From: Candidatus Rokubacteria bacterium RIFCSPLOWO2_02_FULL_73_56
GTDB lineage: Bacteria; Methylomirabilota; Methylomirabilia; Rokubacteriales; CSP1-6
Assembly (NCBI GenBank): GCA_001788495.1
Contig: MGCF01000114.1
Location: forward strand, 1,074-65,073
Length of the DNA stretch: 64,000 nucleotides
Direction: 5' to 3'
The notes under the pieces are model-generated. The model did not search any database and was not told where the DNA came from. It saw nothing but the letters and a program-made list of their open reading frames with translations. Shown here piece after piece: positions 1 to 10,200 of this stretch (its first letter is position 1; each line of letters opens with the position of its first letter). The position numbers were made by a program, and so were the translations under genes.

Positions 1-407
1 TCGACGGTCATCTCGCTCGTCAGCCGCACGCCGCTGCCCGGGACCTCCTCGGCGGCGAGGAGCTTCGCGCGCAGGCGCACCCGGGCGCCCGCGGGCACCG
101 CGTTGGTGAACCGGACGCGGTTCGAGCCGTAGTTGAGGCCGCGGCTCCGGCGGGTGACCTGGAGCAGCGTGGCCGCCAGCCGCGGGACGAGGGAGAGCGT
201 GAGGTAGCCGTGGGCGATGGTCGTGCCGCCGGGCATCTCGCGGCGCGCGCGCTCCACGTCCACGTGGATCCACTGGTGGTCGCCGGTCGCGTCGGCGAAC
301 TTGTCGATCGCGGCCTGGTCCACGACGATCCAGTCCGACGGCCCGAGCTCCCGGCCGACGTGCTGCAGCAGGTCCCTGGGGTACTCGACGGTCAGTGTGG
401 TGGCCAT
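1..407 (-). CDS. MaoC/NodN-type hot-dog-fold dehydratase, 3'-truncated by the window edge (absent from the ORF track)
   Basis: Manual translation from ATG at 407: MATTLTVEYPRDLLQHVGRELGPSDWIVVDQAAIDKFADATGDHQWIHVDVERARREMPGGTTIAHGYLTLSL...GLNYGSNRVRFTNAVPAG. Contains the hydratase motif FADATGDHQWIHVD and IAHG. Starts 10 bp after the methyltransferase stop. Confidence 0.93.
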   Translation of the reverse strand, partial: MATTLTVEYPRDLLQHVGRELGPSDWIVVDQAAIDKFADATGDHQWIHVDVERARREMPGGTTIAHGYLTLSLVPRLAATLLQVTRRSRGLNYGSNRVRFTNAVPAGARVRLRAKLLAAEEVPGSGVRLTSEMTV

Positions 408-417
408 GCCGGCGATC

Positions 418-1494
418 CTACCGCACCGCCGCCGCGGTCCGGCAGACGTAGATGCTGTTCTGCGGCCCCGGGGCGTCGAACACCTCGACCGTGCCGAAGC
501 CGGCCTCGGCGAGGAGCCGCCGCGCCGCCTGTTCGCCCCACGCGGTGCCGAGCCCCGCGCCGCCCTCGGCGAGGGAGACCGTCATGCAGTGGAGCACGCT
601 CATGCCGTACATGTACGGCGTGAACGGACTGCCGATGTTGTCCTCGAGGCGGCTCGACGCCTTGGGCTCGACCATGAGGTAGATCCCGTCCGGCGCGAGC
701 GCGGCCGCGATGCGGCGGAGCACCGCCGCGGGATCGCGCTGGTCGTGGATCGCGTCGAACGTCGTGACCAGGTCGAAGGCCGGCTCGGCGGGCAGCCGGG
801 TCACGTCGAGCGCCTCGAAGCGCGCGTTGGCGAGCCCCAGGCCGCGCGCCTCCTCGCGGCCGCGCGCGACCGCCTCCTCGCTCCAGTCGTAGCCGACGAA
901 GGTCGAGCGCGGGTACGCGCGCGCCATCACGTTGACCGCGTGGCCCGTGCCGCAGCCCACGTCCGCGACGCGGAGGCCCGCCGCGAGCCGCTCGGGAAGC
1001 CCCTGCGCCACGGGCAGGAAGCCCTTGACCAGGAGCCCGTCGTAGAGGAGCCGCCACGAGGCGTCCTGCGCCTCGGTGAAGTCCGGCCGGTACGCCGCGT
1101 ACGGGACGCCGCCACCCGCACGGAAGCAGTCGATGACCTGCGGCAGGCGCTTGGCGAGCATCGTGAGCGTCTGGCTCGCGGGCGCCAGGTTGCGGCTCGA
1201 CGTCCCCGTCAGGCACGTCGCGTGCTCCGGCGGCAGCGTGAAGCGTCGCGACGTCCGGTCGTACTCGACGACCCCGCCCGTCGCCATGGCCGCGAGCCAC
1301 TCGCGGACGTAGCGCTCGTCGAGCCCCGCGCGCGCGGCCAGCTCCGCGCTCGTCGCCGGGCCCTTGGCGGCCGCCTCGAAGAGGCCGGTCTTGAAGCCGA
1401 TCTGCACCATCAGCGTCAGGAGCCCGCTCGTGTAGAAGCCGAAGAGCTTGCGGGCGAACTCCTGGACGCGCTGCCGGTCGAGCGTGGGCTCCAT
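418..1494 (-). CDS. Class I SAM-dependent methyltransferase with N-terminal winged-helix-like domain (Rv2258c-like), 358 aa
   Basis: Motif I VADVGCGTGH, FVGYD, FDLVTTFDAIHD, LAPDG, N-terminal ELAARAGLDERYVREWL, C-terminal GLGTAWG. Start reassigned to ATG 1494 (MEPTLD), which is preceded by GGGGAGGG. Confidence 0.92.
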   Translation of the reverse strand: MEPTLDRQRVQEFARKLFGFYTSGLLTLMVQIGFKTGLFEAAAKGPATSAELAARAGLDERYVREWLAAMATGGVVEYDRTSRRFTLPPEHATCLTGTSSRNLAPASQTLTMLAKRLPQVIDCFRAGGGVPYAAYRPDFTEAQDASWRLLYDGLLVKGFLPVAQGLPERLAAGLRVADVGCGTGHAVNVMARAYPRSTFVGYDWSEEAVARGREEARGLGLANARFEALDVTRLPAEPAFDLVTTFDAIHDQRDPAAVLRRIAAALAPDGIYLMVEPKASSRLEDNIGSPFTPYMYGMSVLHCMTVSLAEGGAGLGTAWGEQAARRLLAEAGFGTVEVFDAPGPQNSIYVCRTAAAVR

Positions 1495-1531
1495 GGTCCC
1501 TCCCCGCGGCCCGGGGCCGGCCGCTGGCCGC

Positions 1532-1560
1532 ACGATAGGGCGACGACCGCCCGCGATCAA
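1532..1560 (-). promoter_or_regulatory. Candidate sigma70-type promoter for the methyltransferase-MaoC pair
   Basis: Minus strand TTGATC (1560-1555), 17-bp spacer, TATCGT (1537-1532), about 40 bp upstream of ATG 1494. Confidence 0.5.
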
Positions 1561-1669
1561 GCGGCGGCGGCGCGCGCGAGGAGACCGGCGCAGACGCGCA
1601 CCGACGTCAGGATCGTGACCCTGGGGGACGGCGTGCTGGAGGGGGGAGCCGTCCGGCGCCGGCAAGGAA

Positions 1670-1701
1670 CGTGTCAGACGGTCTGACACGAGTCGTGTCA
1701 G
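1670..1701. promoter_or_regulatory. Overlapping perfect inverted repeats, probable transcription-factor or enhancer (UAS) site
   Basis: CGTGTCAGAC-G-GTCTGACACG (1670-1690) overlaps CTGACACGA-G-TCGTGTCAG (1683-1701), giving three CGTGTCAG half-sites in alternating orientation. Confidence 0.75.
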
Positions 1702-1772
1702 TCAGGCGCCAGGGTGGCACATTGGCATTCGACAACGCAATCTTTCCGGATGGTTGACGATTCGATTGGCTG

Positions 1773-1788
1773 TGGCACCTTGCTTGCT
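1773..1788 (+). promoter_or_regulatory. sigma54 (RpoN) -24/-12 promoter
   Basis: TGGCAC-CTTGC-TTGCT matches TGGCAC-N5-TTGCW exactly. It sits in a locally AT-rich stretch 45 bp upstream of ATG 1834. Confidence 0.85.
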
Positions 1789-1833
1789 TTTTTCGAGCGT
1801 CAGCAGCTTTGCCAGGCGGAGGGAGGTGTCACC

Positions 1834-2031
1834 ATGGCAGAGTTCAAGCGCATCAAGATCCGCGCGACGCTGGCGACGGGCGTCATGCTTCTCACCGACT
1901 CGGACATCGACCGCAGAGTCGCCGAGGTGTGCGCCAAGCTCAAGGACAGCGGCCTGACGCTCGAGGCGATCGAGGCCGAGGAGCAGGCGCCGGTCAATCC
2001 GGAAGTCGCGATCCCCGCGTACGACGGCTGA
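1834..2031 (+). CDS. Small hypothetical protein, 65 aa (MAEFKRIKIRATLATG...PAYDG)
   Basis: Shine-Dalgarno GGAGGT at 1822-1827, ATG 1834, GC3-rich codons from this ATG onward, and an upstream sigma54 promoter. No family recognised. Confidence 0.8.
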   Translation: MAEFKRIKIRATLATGVMLLTDSDIDRRVAEVCAKLKDSGLTLEAIEAEEQAPVNPEVAIPAYDG

Positions 2032-2046
2032 GCCGGGAGGCGCCCC

Positions 2047-4230
2047 CTACCACCAGCAGCCCGGCTTGGGCGCCGGCTTGGGATCCGGGCGGATGACGAA
2101 GGCCTGGTCGTGGGCCTCGTCGTCCAGGTCGAGGTCATAGTACGGTGCCCACGGACTCGGCGAGCCGAGCGCCTGGCTGGTCCCGTACACGTCCAGGTGC
2201 CCCGCCCAGATGACCAGGCGCGCCTTCAGGATGTTCGCGAGCGTCGACGAGGTGTCGTGGCCGCTCCGGATCGTGTCCCGGTCCTTGCTCTTCTTGCCGG
2301 TCGCGCCCTCGAGCGTGTCGCTGTCGCCGCCGCCCACCAGGTAGTCGTCGCCGTCCCCGCCGTATAGCCGGTCCCGGCCGTCCTGGCCGAACATCACGTC
2401 GTCGCCGGCGCCGCCGTAGAGCGTGTCGTCGCCGGCCGTGACCTGGAAGTCCTCCTGGTCGTGGTCGTCGTGATCGTCGTGGTCGTGGTGCTCGTGGTGG
2501 TGCCACCAGCCGTGGTGGTGCTCGTGGTGCCCGATCTCGGTGAGGTCCTCGACCGCCTCCCACGCCTCGTCGATCGCCCAGCGGTCCTGCCAGCTCGGGC
2601 TGAACGTCGTGCTCACGTTCGGCGCCACCAGCGCGAGGCTGTCCCCGAACATCACGTCGTTGCCGTTGCCGCCGTCGAGCACGTCGTTGCCGAGCGTGAC
2701 GATGTCACCGGCCCCGTGGTGATGCCAGCTGCCGTGGTGCGACCAGTAGTCGTCGTGCCACGCCTGATGGCGGTGGCGGCCATGGTCCTTCCAGCCCCAC
2801 CAGTCGCCGTCCCACCAGTCACCGTCGTGCCAGCGGTGGTGCGGCTTCGAGGCCTTCCCGCCCTCCGTCAGCGTGACGTTCGCCGTCAGGTGGAGCTTCT
2901 GGTCGCCGACCAGGAGGTCGTCGCCGTCGCCGCCCAGGAGGGTGTCGGCGCCGATCGAGATCCGGTCCACGTGGTGGCGGAGCACGTCCTTCCAGGACCA
3001 GCCGCTCTTCACCTGGACGATCTCGTTGCGCAGGTGGTGCTGGATGTCGCCCAGCTCGAGCGCGGCGTGCTCGAGCTCCCCGCCGACGAGCTGGAGGCCG
3101 TCCACCAGGAACTCGAAGTCGTCCACGAGGGCGACCGGCATGGTGAAGTTCTGGGCGAGCACCGTGGAGTCGTCGCCCACCAGCACGTCGTTGCCCGCGC
3201 CGCCGTCGAGGAGGTCGGCGGCGATCGTGATCGTCGCGTCCACGACGGTCTCCTGCTTCCAGATGCCCGACCGCCACAGAGCCTCGGACACGGCGTGGTG
3301 GAGGACGGCCGTGAGGTCCGCGAAGTCGTCGGCGATGTCGAGCAGGTCGCCGGTCAGGCCGATCGCCTGCTCCATGCGCGTGTCCGTGAAGACGAGGGAC
3401 GCCGCGAGCACGGTGGAGTTGTCGCCGACCAGCGTGTCCTCGCCCGCGCCGCCGGTGAGCGTGTCGTTGCCGGCGACCAGGTCGAGGTGCGAGCGGACGT
3501 CCGGCACGACCGAGGCGAACGGCACGAGGTAGCTGCCGTCCGCACGGTGCAGGACGTTGTCCGCCGGGAAGAGCGGGATCCCGCCCAGCACGCCGAGCAC
3601 CGCCGGCAGCGGGTCCACGTCGTGGCCCGGGACCACCGATACCAGGGGCACGAGCGTCGTGCCGTCGGGGCCGAGCACCACGCCGGCGGCGGCCTCCACC
3701 GAGCCGGGGCCGGCGATGAGCCGGAGCGCGTGGACGACGTTCGGCACCGCGCCGTCGCCCGTCACGACCGTGGACCGGTCGCCCACGAGCTGGTCGTCGC
3801 CGTCGCCGCCGTCGAGCACGTCGTCGCCGAGGTCGCCCTCGAGGTAGTCGTTGCCGGGGCCGCCGGTCAGCGTGTCCTCGCCGCGGCCCGCGTAGAGGGC
3901 GTCGTCGCCCGCGCCGCCGTCGAGCACGTCGTCACCGTCCGGCACGAGCGTGACCAGGAACAGCTCGGTGTCCCACCGGTGCGTCCAGTGCTCCCACCAC
4001 CGGACGGGCGCCCGGTCGGGCACCAGGTCGTGGCCCCCGTCGGCGTCGAAGGCGCCCGTGACCAGGATGAGGTCGGCGCCGACGAGCGCGGCCGCGAGCT
4101 CCGGGGTGAGGTCGTCCCAGCGGAGCCCGTCCAGGTCGTACCGGGCCGTGAGCATGCCCACGTCGGTCAGCCAGACGTCGCGGTGCACCGAGCCGTTCGG
4201 GTTGAGCCGGCCCATGCGCTCGATCACGCC
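2047..4230 (-). other. C-terminal region: RTX nonapeptides interleaved with helical and His/Trp-rich inserts; probable C-terminal secretion signal
   Basis: GGAGDDALY, GGPGNDYLE, GGDGDDQLV, GGNGNDVMF, GGDGDDYLV repeats, followed by a non-repeat tail ending PKPAPKPGCWW. Confidence 0.75.
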
Positions 4231-7200
4231 CGTGTCGCCCAGCAGGATGTCGTGGCCCGCCTCGCCGTAGAGCGTGTCGTTCCCGAGCTCGCCGTACAGC
4301 TCGTCGTCGCCCGCACCGCCGTAGAGGGTGTCGTCGCCGTCCTGGCCGTGGATCACGTCGGCGCCGCCGAGCGTCGGCGGGCCCGACGTCACCAACGGCG
4401 GCGTCACCGTGAGGTCGACCGTGCCGTTGTCGCCGACGACGATGTCGTTCCCGGTGCCGGCGGTGATGAAGTCGTCCGCCGCGCCGCCGAGGATGATGTC
4501 GTCGTTCGCGCCGCCCTCGATCGTGTCGGGGCCGCCGATCGTCGGGTCGGTCGTCTCCACCCGCGTCACGACGCCGGCGGTGCGCATCACGATCCCGTTG
4601 TCGCCCAGGATCACGTCGAAGCCGGCGCCGCCGGTGAGCAGGTCGCCCTCGGCGCCGCCCAGGATGATGTTGTCGCCGGCGCCGCCCGTGATCGTGTCGG
4701 CACCGCCGATGGCGGGCTCGGTCGTGAACACGTCGCCGCCGACGATCACCTCGCCGTTGTCGCCCAGGATGATGTTGGTGCCGCCCGGCGCGCTGATCAC
4801 GTCGGCGAAGGTGCCGCCCAGGATGATGTTCTGGCCGCCCAGGCTGGTGATGGTGTCCGGGCCGCCGGTGGTCCCGTCCTCGTCGCCCGTGATGACCCGC
4901 GTGACGACGCCGGCCGTCCGGAGCACCGCGCCGTTGTCGCCGAGGACCGTGTTGGTGCCGCCGCCCAGCGTGATCGCGTCGCCCGCCGCGCCGCCCAGGA
5001 TGATGTTGTCCGCGCCGCCGAGGATCACGTCGGCGCCGCCGATGGCGGGCTCGGTGGTGACCACGTCCCCGTCCACCACCACGTCGCCGTTGTCGCCGAG
5101 CACGATGTTCGTCCCGAACGACGCGTCGATGACGTCGCCGCCGATGCCGCCCAGGATGACGTTCCGGCCGCCCAGGCTCACGATCACGTCGGCGGCGCCC
5201 GTCGTCCCGTCCTCGTCGAACGTCTCCACGCGGGTCACCTGGTGGTCGCCGTCGCGGTACACGATGCCGTTGTCGCCCAGCACCGTGTTGGTCCCGCCGC
5301 GCAGCGTGATCGTGTCGCTGCCGACGCCGCCCAGGATGAAGTTGGTGCTCCCGGCCAGGATCGTGTCGTCGCCGCCGAGGTCGGGCTCGGTCGTCTGGAT
5401 GTCGTTGGCCACCGGCTGGTTCAGGGTCACCTCGCCGTTGTCGCCCAGGAGGATGTTGCTGCTCCCGCTCGCGGTCTCGATCGAGTCCTGGCCCACGCCG
5501 CCCAGGATCACGTTCACGCCGGCCTGGCTCAGGATCGTGTCGTCGCTCGCCGCCAGCGGCCCGAGGTCGGTCGTGAACACCTTCGTGACGTCGCCGAGGG
5601 TCCCGAGCGAGATGCCGCCGTTGCGGTTCACCTGGCCGTTGTCGCCCAGGACCACCGCGGTGCCGCCGCCCAGCGTGATCGCGTCGTTCCCGAACCCGCC
5701 CAGGATGATGTTGTCGCTGCCGGCCAGGATCGTGTCGTCGCCGCCCAGCGTCAGCTCGGTCGTCCAGATGTCGTTGGCGAGCGGCTGGTTCAGGTTCACC
5801 TCGCCGTCGTCGCCCAGGATGATGTTCTGGCTCCCGCCGGTCGCCTCGATGCGGTCCGCGCCCACGCCGCCCAGGAGGATGTTGGTCCCGCCCTGGCTCA
5901 GGATCGTGTCGTCGCCACCCGTCGCGCTCGTCGTGTCGGTGGTGACCACGCGGGTCACCGTGGTGACGAGCTGCCCGAGGGCGTCCAGCGCGCCCGTGCG
6001 GCTCACGTGGCCGTTGTCGCCCAGGACCACCGCCGTGCCGGTCAGCAGCTCGACGTGGTCCTGGCCGAAGCCGCCCAGGATGACGTTGTTGCTGCCGGCG
6101 AAGATCTGGTCGGCACCGCCGAGGTCGAGGTCGGTCGTGAAGACGTCCTCGTCGCCGACCCGGTTCAGGTTCACCACGCCGTTGTCGCCGAGCACGATGT
6201 TGTCGCTGCCGCCCGTCGCCTCGATCGTGTCACCGGCCACGCCGCCCAGGATGATGTTCACCCCGCCCTGGCTGAGGATCGTGTCGGGCCCGCCCGTCGC
6301 GGCCGTGCCATCCGTGGTCCGGACCTGGGTCACGACCCCGGCGGTGCGCGTCACGGAGCCGTTGTCGCCGAGCACGGTGTTCGTGCCCGCGCCCAGCGTG
6401 ATCAGGTCGGATCCTGCGCCGCCCAGGATCGTGTTGGTGGCGCCGCCGGTGATGACGTCGTCGCCGCCGACCGCGAGGTCGGTGCTGAAGATGTCACCGC
6501 CGACGTTCACCTCGCCGTTGTCGCCCAGCACGACGTTGCTGCCCACCGGGGCGTCGAGGAAGTCGCCGGCGACGCCGCCCAGGATGATGTTCACCCCGCC
6601 CAGGCTCGTGATGTGGTCCACGCCGCCCGTGAGCGCGCTGCCGTCCGTCGTGAACACGCGGGTGACGACGCCGCCCGTGCGGAGGACGTGGCCGTTGTCG
6701 CCGAGGACGACGTTGGCGCCGCTGTTGAGCGTGATCGTGTCCTGGCCGAAGCCGCCCAGGATGATGTTGTCCGCAGGGCCGGTGACCGACACGCCCGTGG
6801 CCTCGATGACGTCGTCGCCGCCCAGGTCGAGGTCCGTGGTCTGCACGTCGCCGTCGACGATCACGTCGCCGTTGTCGCCGAGGACGATGTTGCTGCTGCC
6901 CACCAGCGCGTCGATCGTGTCGCCCGCCACGCCGCCCAGGATCACGTTCACGCCGCCCTGGCTCGTGATGTGGTCCACGCCGCCCGTGAGCGCCGTCGTG
7001 TCCGTCGTCGTCACCTGCGTGGTCTGCTCGCTGCCGTCCCGGCGCACCACGCCGTTGTCGCCGAGGACCACGTTGGTGCCCGAGCCGATCGTGATGTCGT
7101 CGGGCCCGAAGCCGCCCAGGATGATGTTGTTGCTGCCCGACTCGATCGTGTCGTGGTCGCCCAGCGCGCCGGGGCCGCTCACGATCGAGTAGATGTCGTT

Positions 7201-10200
7201 GCTCACCGGCTGGTTCAGGTTCACCACGCCGTTGTCGCCGAGGATGACGTTGGCGCTGCCGACCAGCGCCTCGATGACGTCCTGGCCGACGCCGCCGAGG
7301 ATCACGTTCACGCCGCCCTGGCTCGTGATCGTGTCGCCGCCGCCCGTCGTGGCCAGCGTGTCGGCCGTCGCGACCTGCGTCGGCGTCTCCGCGCCGTCGC
7401 GGCGGACCACGCCGTTGTCGCCGAGCACGGTGTTGGTGCCGCTGCCCAGCGTGATCTCGTCGGCGCCGAAGCCGCCCAGGATGATGTTGTTCGTCCCTGA
7501 GAAGATGAAGTCCCGGTCGCCCAGGTCGAGCTCCGTGCTCTCGATATCGTTGGCCACCGGCTGGTTCAGGTTCACCTCGCCGTTGTCGCCCAGGATGACG
7601 TTGCGGCTGCCGCCCGTGGCGTCGATCCCGTCCTCGCCCACGCCGCCCAGGATCACGTTGACGCCGGCCGTGACCGTGATCGTGTCGCCGCCGCCCGTGC
7701 CGGCCGTGACGTCGGTGCTCTTCACCTGGTACGGCGTCTCGCCGCCGTCGCGCCGCACCGTGCCGTTGTCGCCGAGCACCGTGTTGACACCGCCGAGCAG
7801 CCGGATCTCGTCGGCGCCGAAGCCACCGAGGATGATGTTGTTGCTGCCCGAGAAGATCTGGTCGTCGTCGCCCAGCGCACCCGGCCCGTCCACGATCGAG
7901 GCGATGTCGTTGGCGGCGGCCTGGTTGAGGTCCACCACGCCGTTGTCGCCCAGGATGATGTTGCTGCTGCCGCCCGTGGCGTGGATCTCGTCCCGGCCCA
8001 CGCCGCCCAGGATCACGTTGACGCCGGCCGCGCTGGTGATGACGTCGCGGGCGCCCGTCGTGTCGTCCACGTCGGTCGTGGCCACGGTCAGGACGGTCTC
8101 GTCCGGCGCCGGTCCGCGCAGGACCTGGCCGTTGTCGCCGAGGATGACCGCGTTGCCGAGCCCGGTCGTGATCGTGTCGGTGCCGAAGCCGCCGATGATG
8201 ATCGAGCGGCCGCTGTCGCCGCCCTCGATGATGTCGTCGCCGCCGATGCCCGGCGCCACGCTGGCGATGTCGTTGGCGGGCGCCTGGTTGACCGTCACGT
8301 CGCCGTTGTCGCCCAGGATGATGTCGCTGCCCGCGCTGGCCTCGATGACGTCGCCCATGGCGCCGCCGATGATGATGTCGTTCCCGACGCCGCTGGTGAT
8401 CCGGTCCACGCCGCCGGTGGCCGGGTCGATCGAGGTCACGCGCTGCACCACGCCGCCGATCCGCGCGACCAGGCCGCCGTCGCCCAGGATCACGTTGTCG
8501 CCCTGGCCGCCCAGCAGCGTGTCGTTGCCGGCGCCGCCGATGAGGATCGAGCGGTTGCCGAACCCGGCCGCGAGCGCGTCCTCGGAGCCGGTGAGCACGT
8601 CGGCGCCGCCGATGGCGGGCGCGATCGTGAAGACGTCGCCGTCGAGGTCCACCACACCGGAGTCGCCGAGCACCACGTCGCCGCCCAGGCTGGCGGTGAC
8701 GACGTCGCCCGCGGCGCCCGCGATGGCCACGTCGGCGCCGCTGCCGCCGTCGATGGTGTCGAGTCCGCCGCGGGCCGGCAGCAGGGACTCGACCCGGGCC
8801 GGGGCGCCGGCGTCGAAGATCACCCGGGCGTAGTCGCCGACCAGCACGTCGTCGCCCTCACCGCCGAGCAGCGTCTCGCGGATCGGGTCGCCGGCCACGT
8901 CGGCGTTGTCGCCGCCGATGAGGATGTCGTCGCCGAGGCCGCCCGCCAGCGTGTCCACGCCGTCCACGTCCGCCTCCACCGTGACCAGGAGGTACGGATG
9001 GCGCACCGTGCCGGCCGTCACGTCCTCCGGTCCGCCGTGGCCGCGGACGGCCGTGGCCAGCGCCTGGAGCTGCCCGAGCGGCAGGCCGAGGTCCACCGCG
9101 CCCGGGTCGGCGAAGAACAGCAGGCGGCCGCGGTCGCCGACGAGGACGTCGCCGGCGTCGCCGCCGGTGATCACGTCCCGGTCCTTGCCGCCGAACACGA
9201 CGAGCGGCAGCGTCGAGCCGGTGCCGAGGACCGTGTCCTCGTCGTCGGTCACGGCGCCGACCGCCGACGTCTCCGTGATCCGCTTCGTCATCCGGACCAC
9301 GACCAGCGCGCCCGCCGGCGGCGTGGCCGCCGCCGTGAACGTCACGGTGTCCGCGGCCGGGTCCACCACGACACCGTCCAGGTCGGCCAGGTCGACCCCG
9401 TTGACCGACACGCCCACGACCTCGGTCACGCCGGGCTGGAGGTCCTCGCCGACGTGCAGGACGGGCGCCGCATCGTCGAAGGTGAAGGCCTCGGCCACCG
9501 TCCGCACGATCTCCACCTCGACCGACGCGCCGAGGAGCGGGCTCACCAGCAGGCCGATCCGGTCCAGGCCGAAGTCGGCCGAGAACTGGTCCGCCGTGAG
9601 CGCCACGCCGTCGACGGCGACGCTCACGAGGTCGGCCGGCGTGTCCGGGCCGGCGGCGTTCAGGCCGGCCGCCACCGGCACCAGCACGCTGTACTGGCCC
9701 TGCGTGTTCAGCACGAACCGGCCGTCGTCCGCCGCCTGCAGCGACACGGTGACGACGTCGTTCCCCAGGCCCGTGTTGAGCGTGGTCACCGTCTCGACCG
9801 GCTGGCCGCCCTCGGTGGCCGCCGGGCGGAAGTGCGTGTCGTCCACGGTGATCACGTCGGCGCCCGAGCCCGTCCAGATCGTGATGCCGCGCGCGAAGTC
9901 GCCCGCGGCGTCGGCGCGGAAGGTGATGCCGGCGGGCGCCAGGCCGACGATGAAGATCTCGGCGTCGCTCGCGACGTTCGGATCGACGGCCGCCGCCGCC
10001 GCGAGGCTGTCCGTGATCAGCACGCTGCGGCCGGCCGCGCTCGCCTCGTTGCTGATCATCAGCTGGTGGCGGCCGGTGCCGGCGTCGATGTTCAGCGTGC
10101 CGAGGAACGTGCCGAGGTGGCCGGACAGGAAGGCCGGTGTCTCGCCCATGGCCACGTTGGCCGCCGACGACACGTAGATCCACTCGTCGCCGTCGCCGAG

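Noticed and set aside
210-1686. Plus-strand ORFs (137 and 489 aa) and the 302-aa minus ORF
   Set aside because: They overlap the well-supported methyltransferase and MaoC genes and are shadow frames.
1495-1689. 65-aa N-terminal extension of the methyltransferase in the ORF track
   Set aside because: Low-complexity Arg/Pro sequence that overlaps promoter elements. An SD precedes ATG 1494.
1670-1701. Palindrome as a terminator or transposon end
   Set aside because: It has 1-nt centres and no U-tract, lies between divergent genes, and has no transposase nearby.
1715-1730. Second TGGCAC as another sigma54 promoter
   Set aside because: No TTGC at the required spacing (TGGCAC-ATTGG-CATT).
1714-1833. 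40-aa N-terminal extension of the small ORF
   Set aside because: It spans the sigma54 promoter and has atypical codons. The SD supports ATG 1834.
4230-9230. Regularly spaced short DNA repeats suggesting a CRISPR array
   Set aside because: They are degenerate at third codon positions, in frame and protein-coding, and no cas genes are present.
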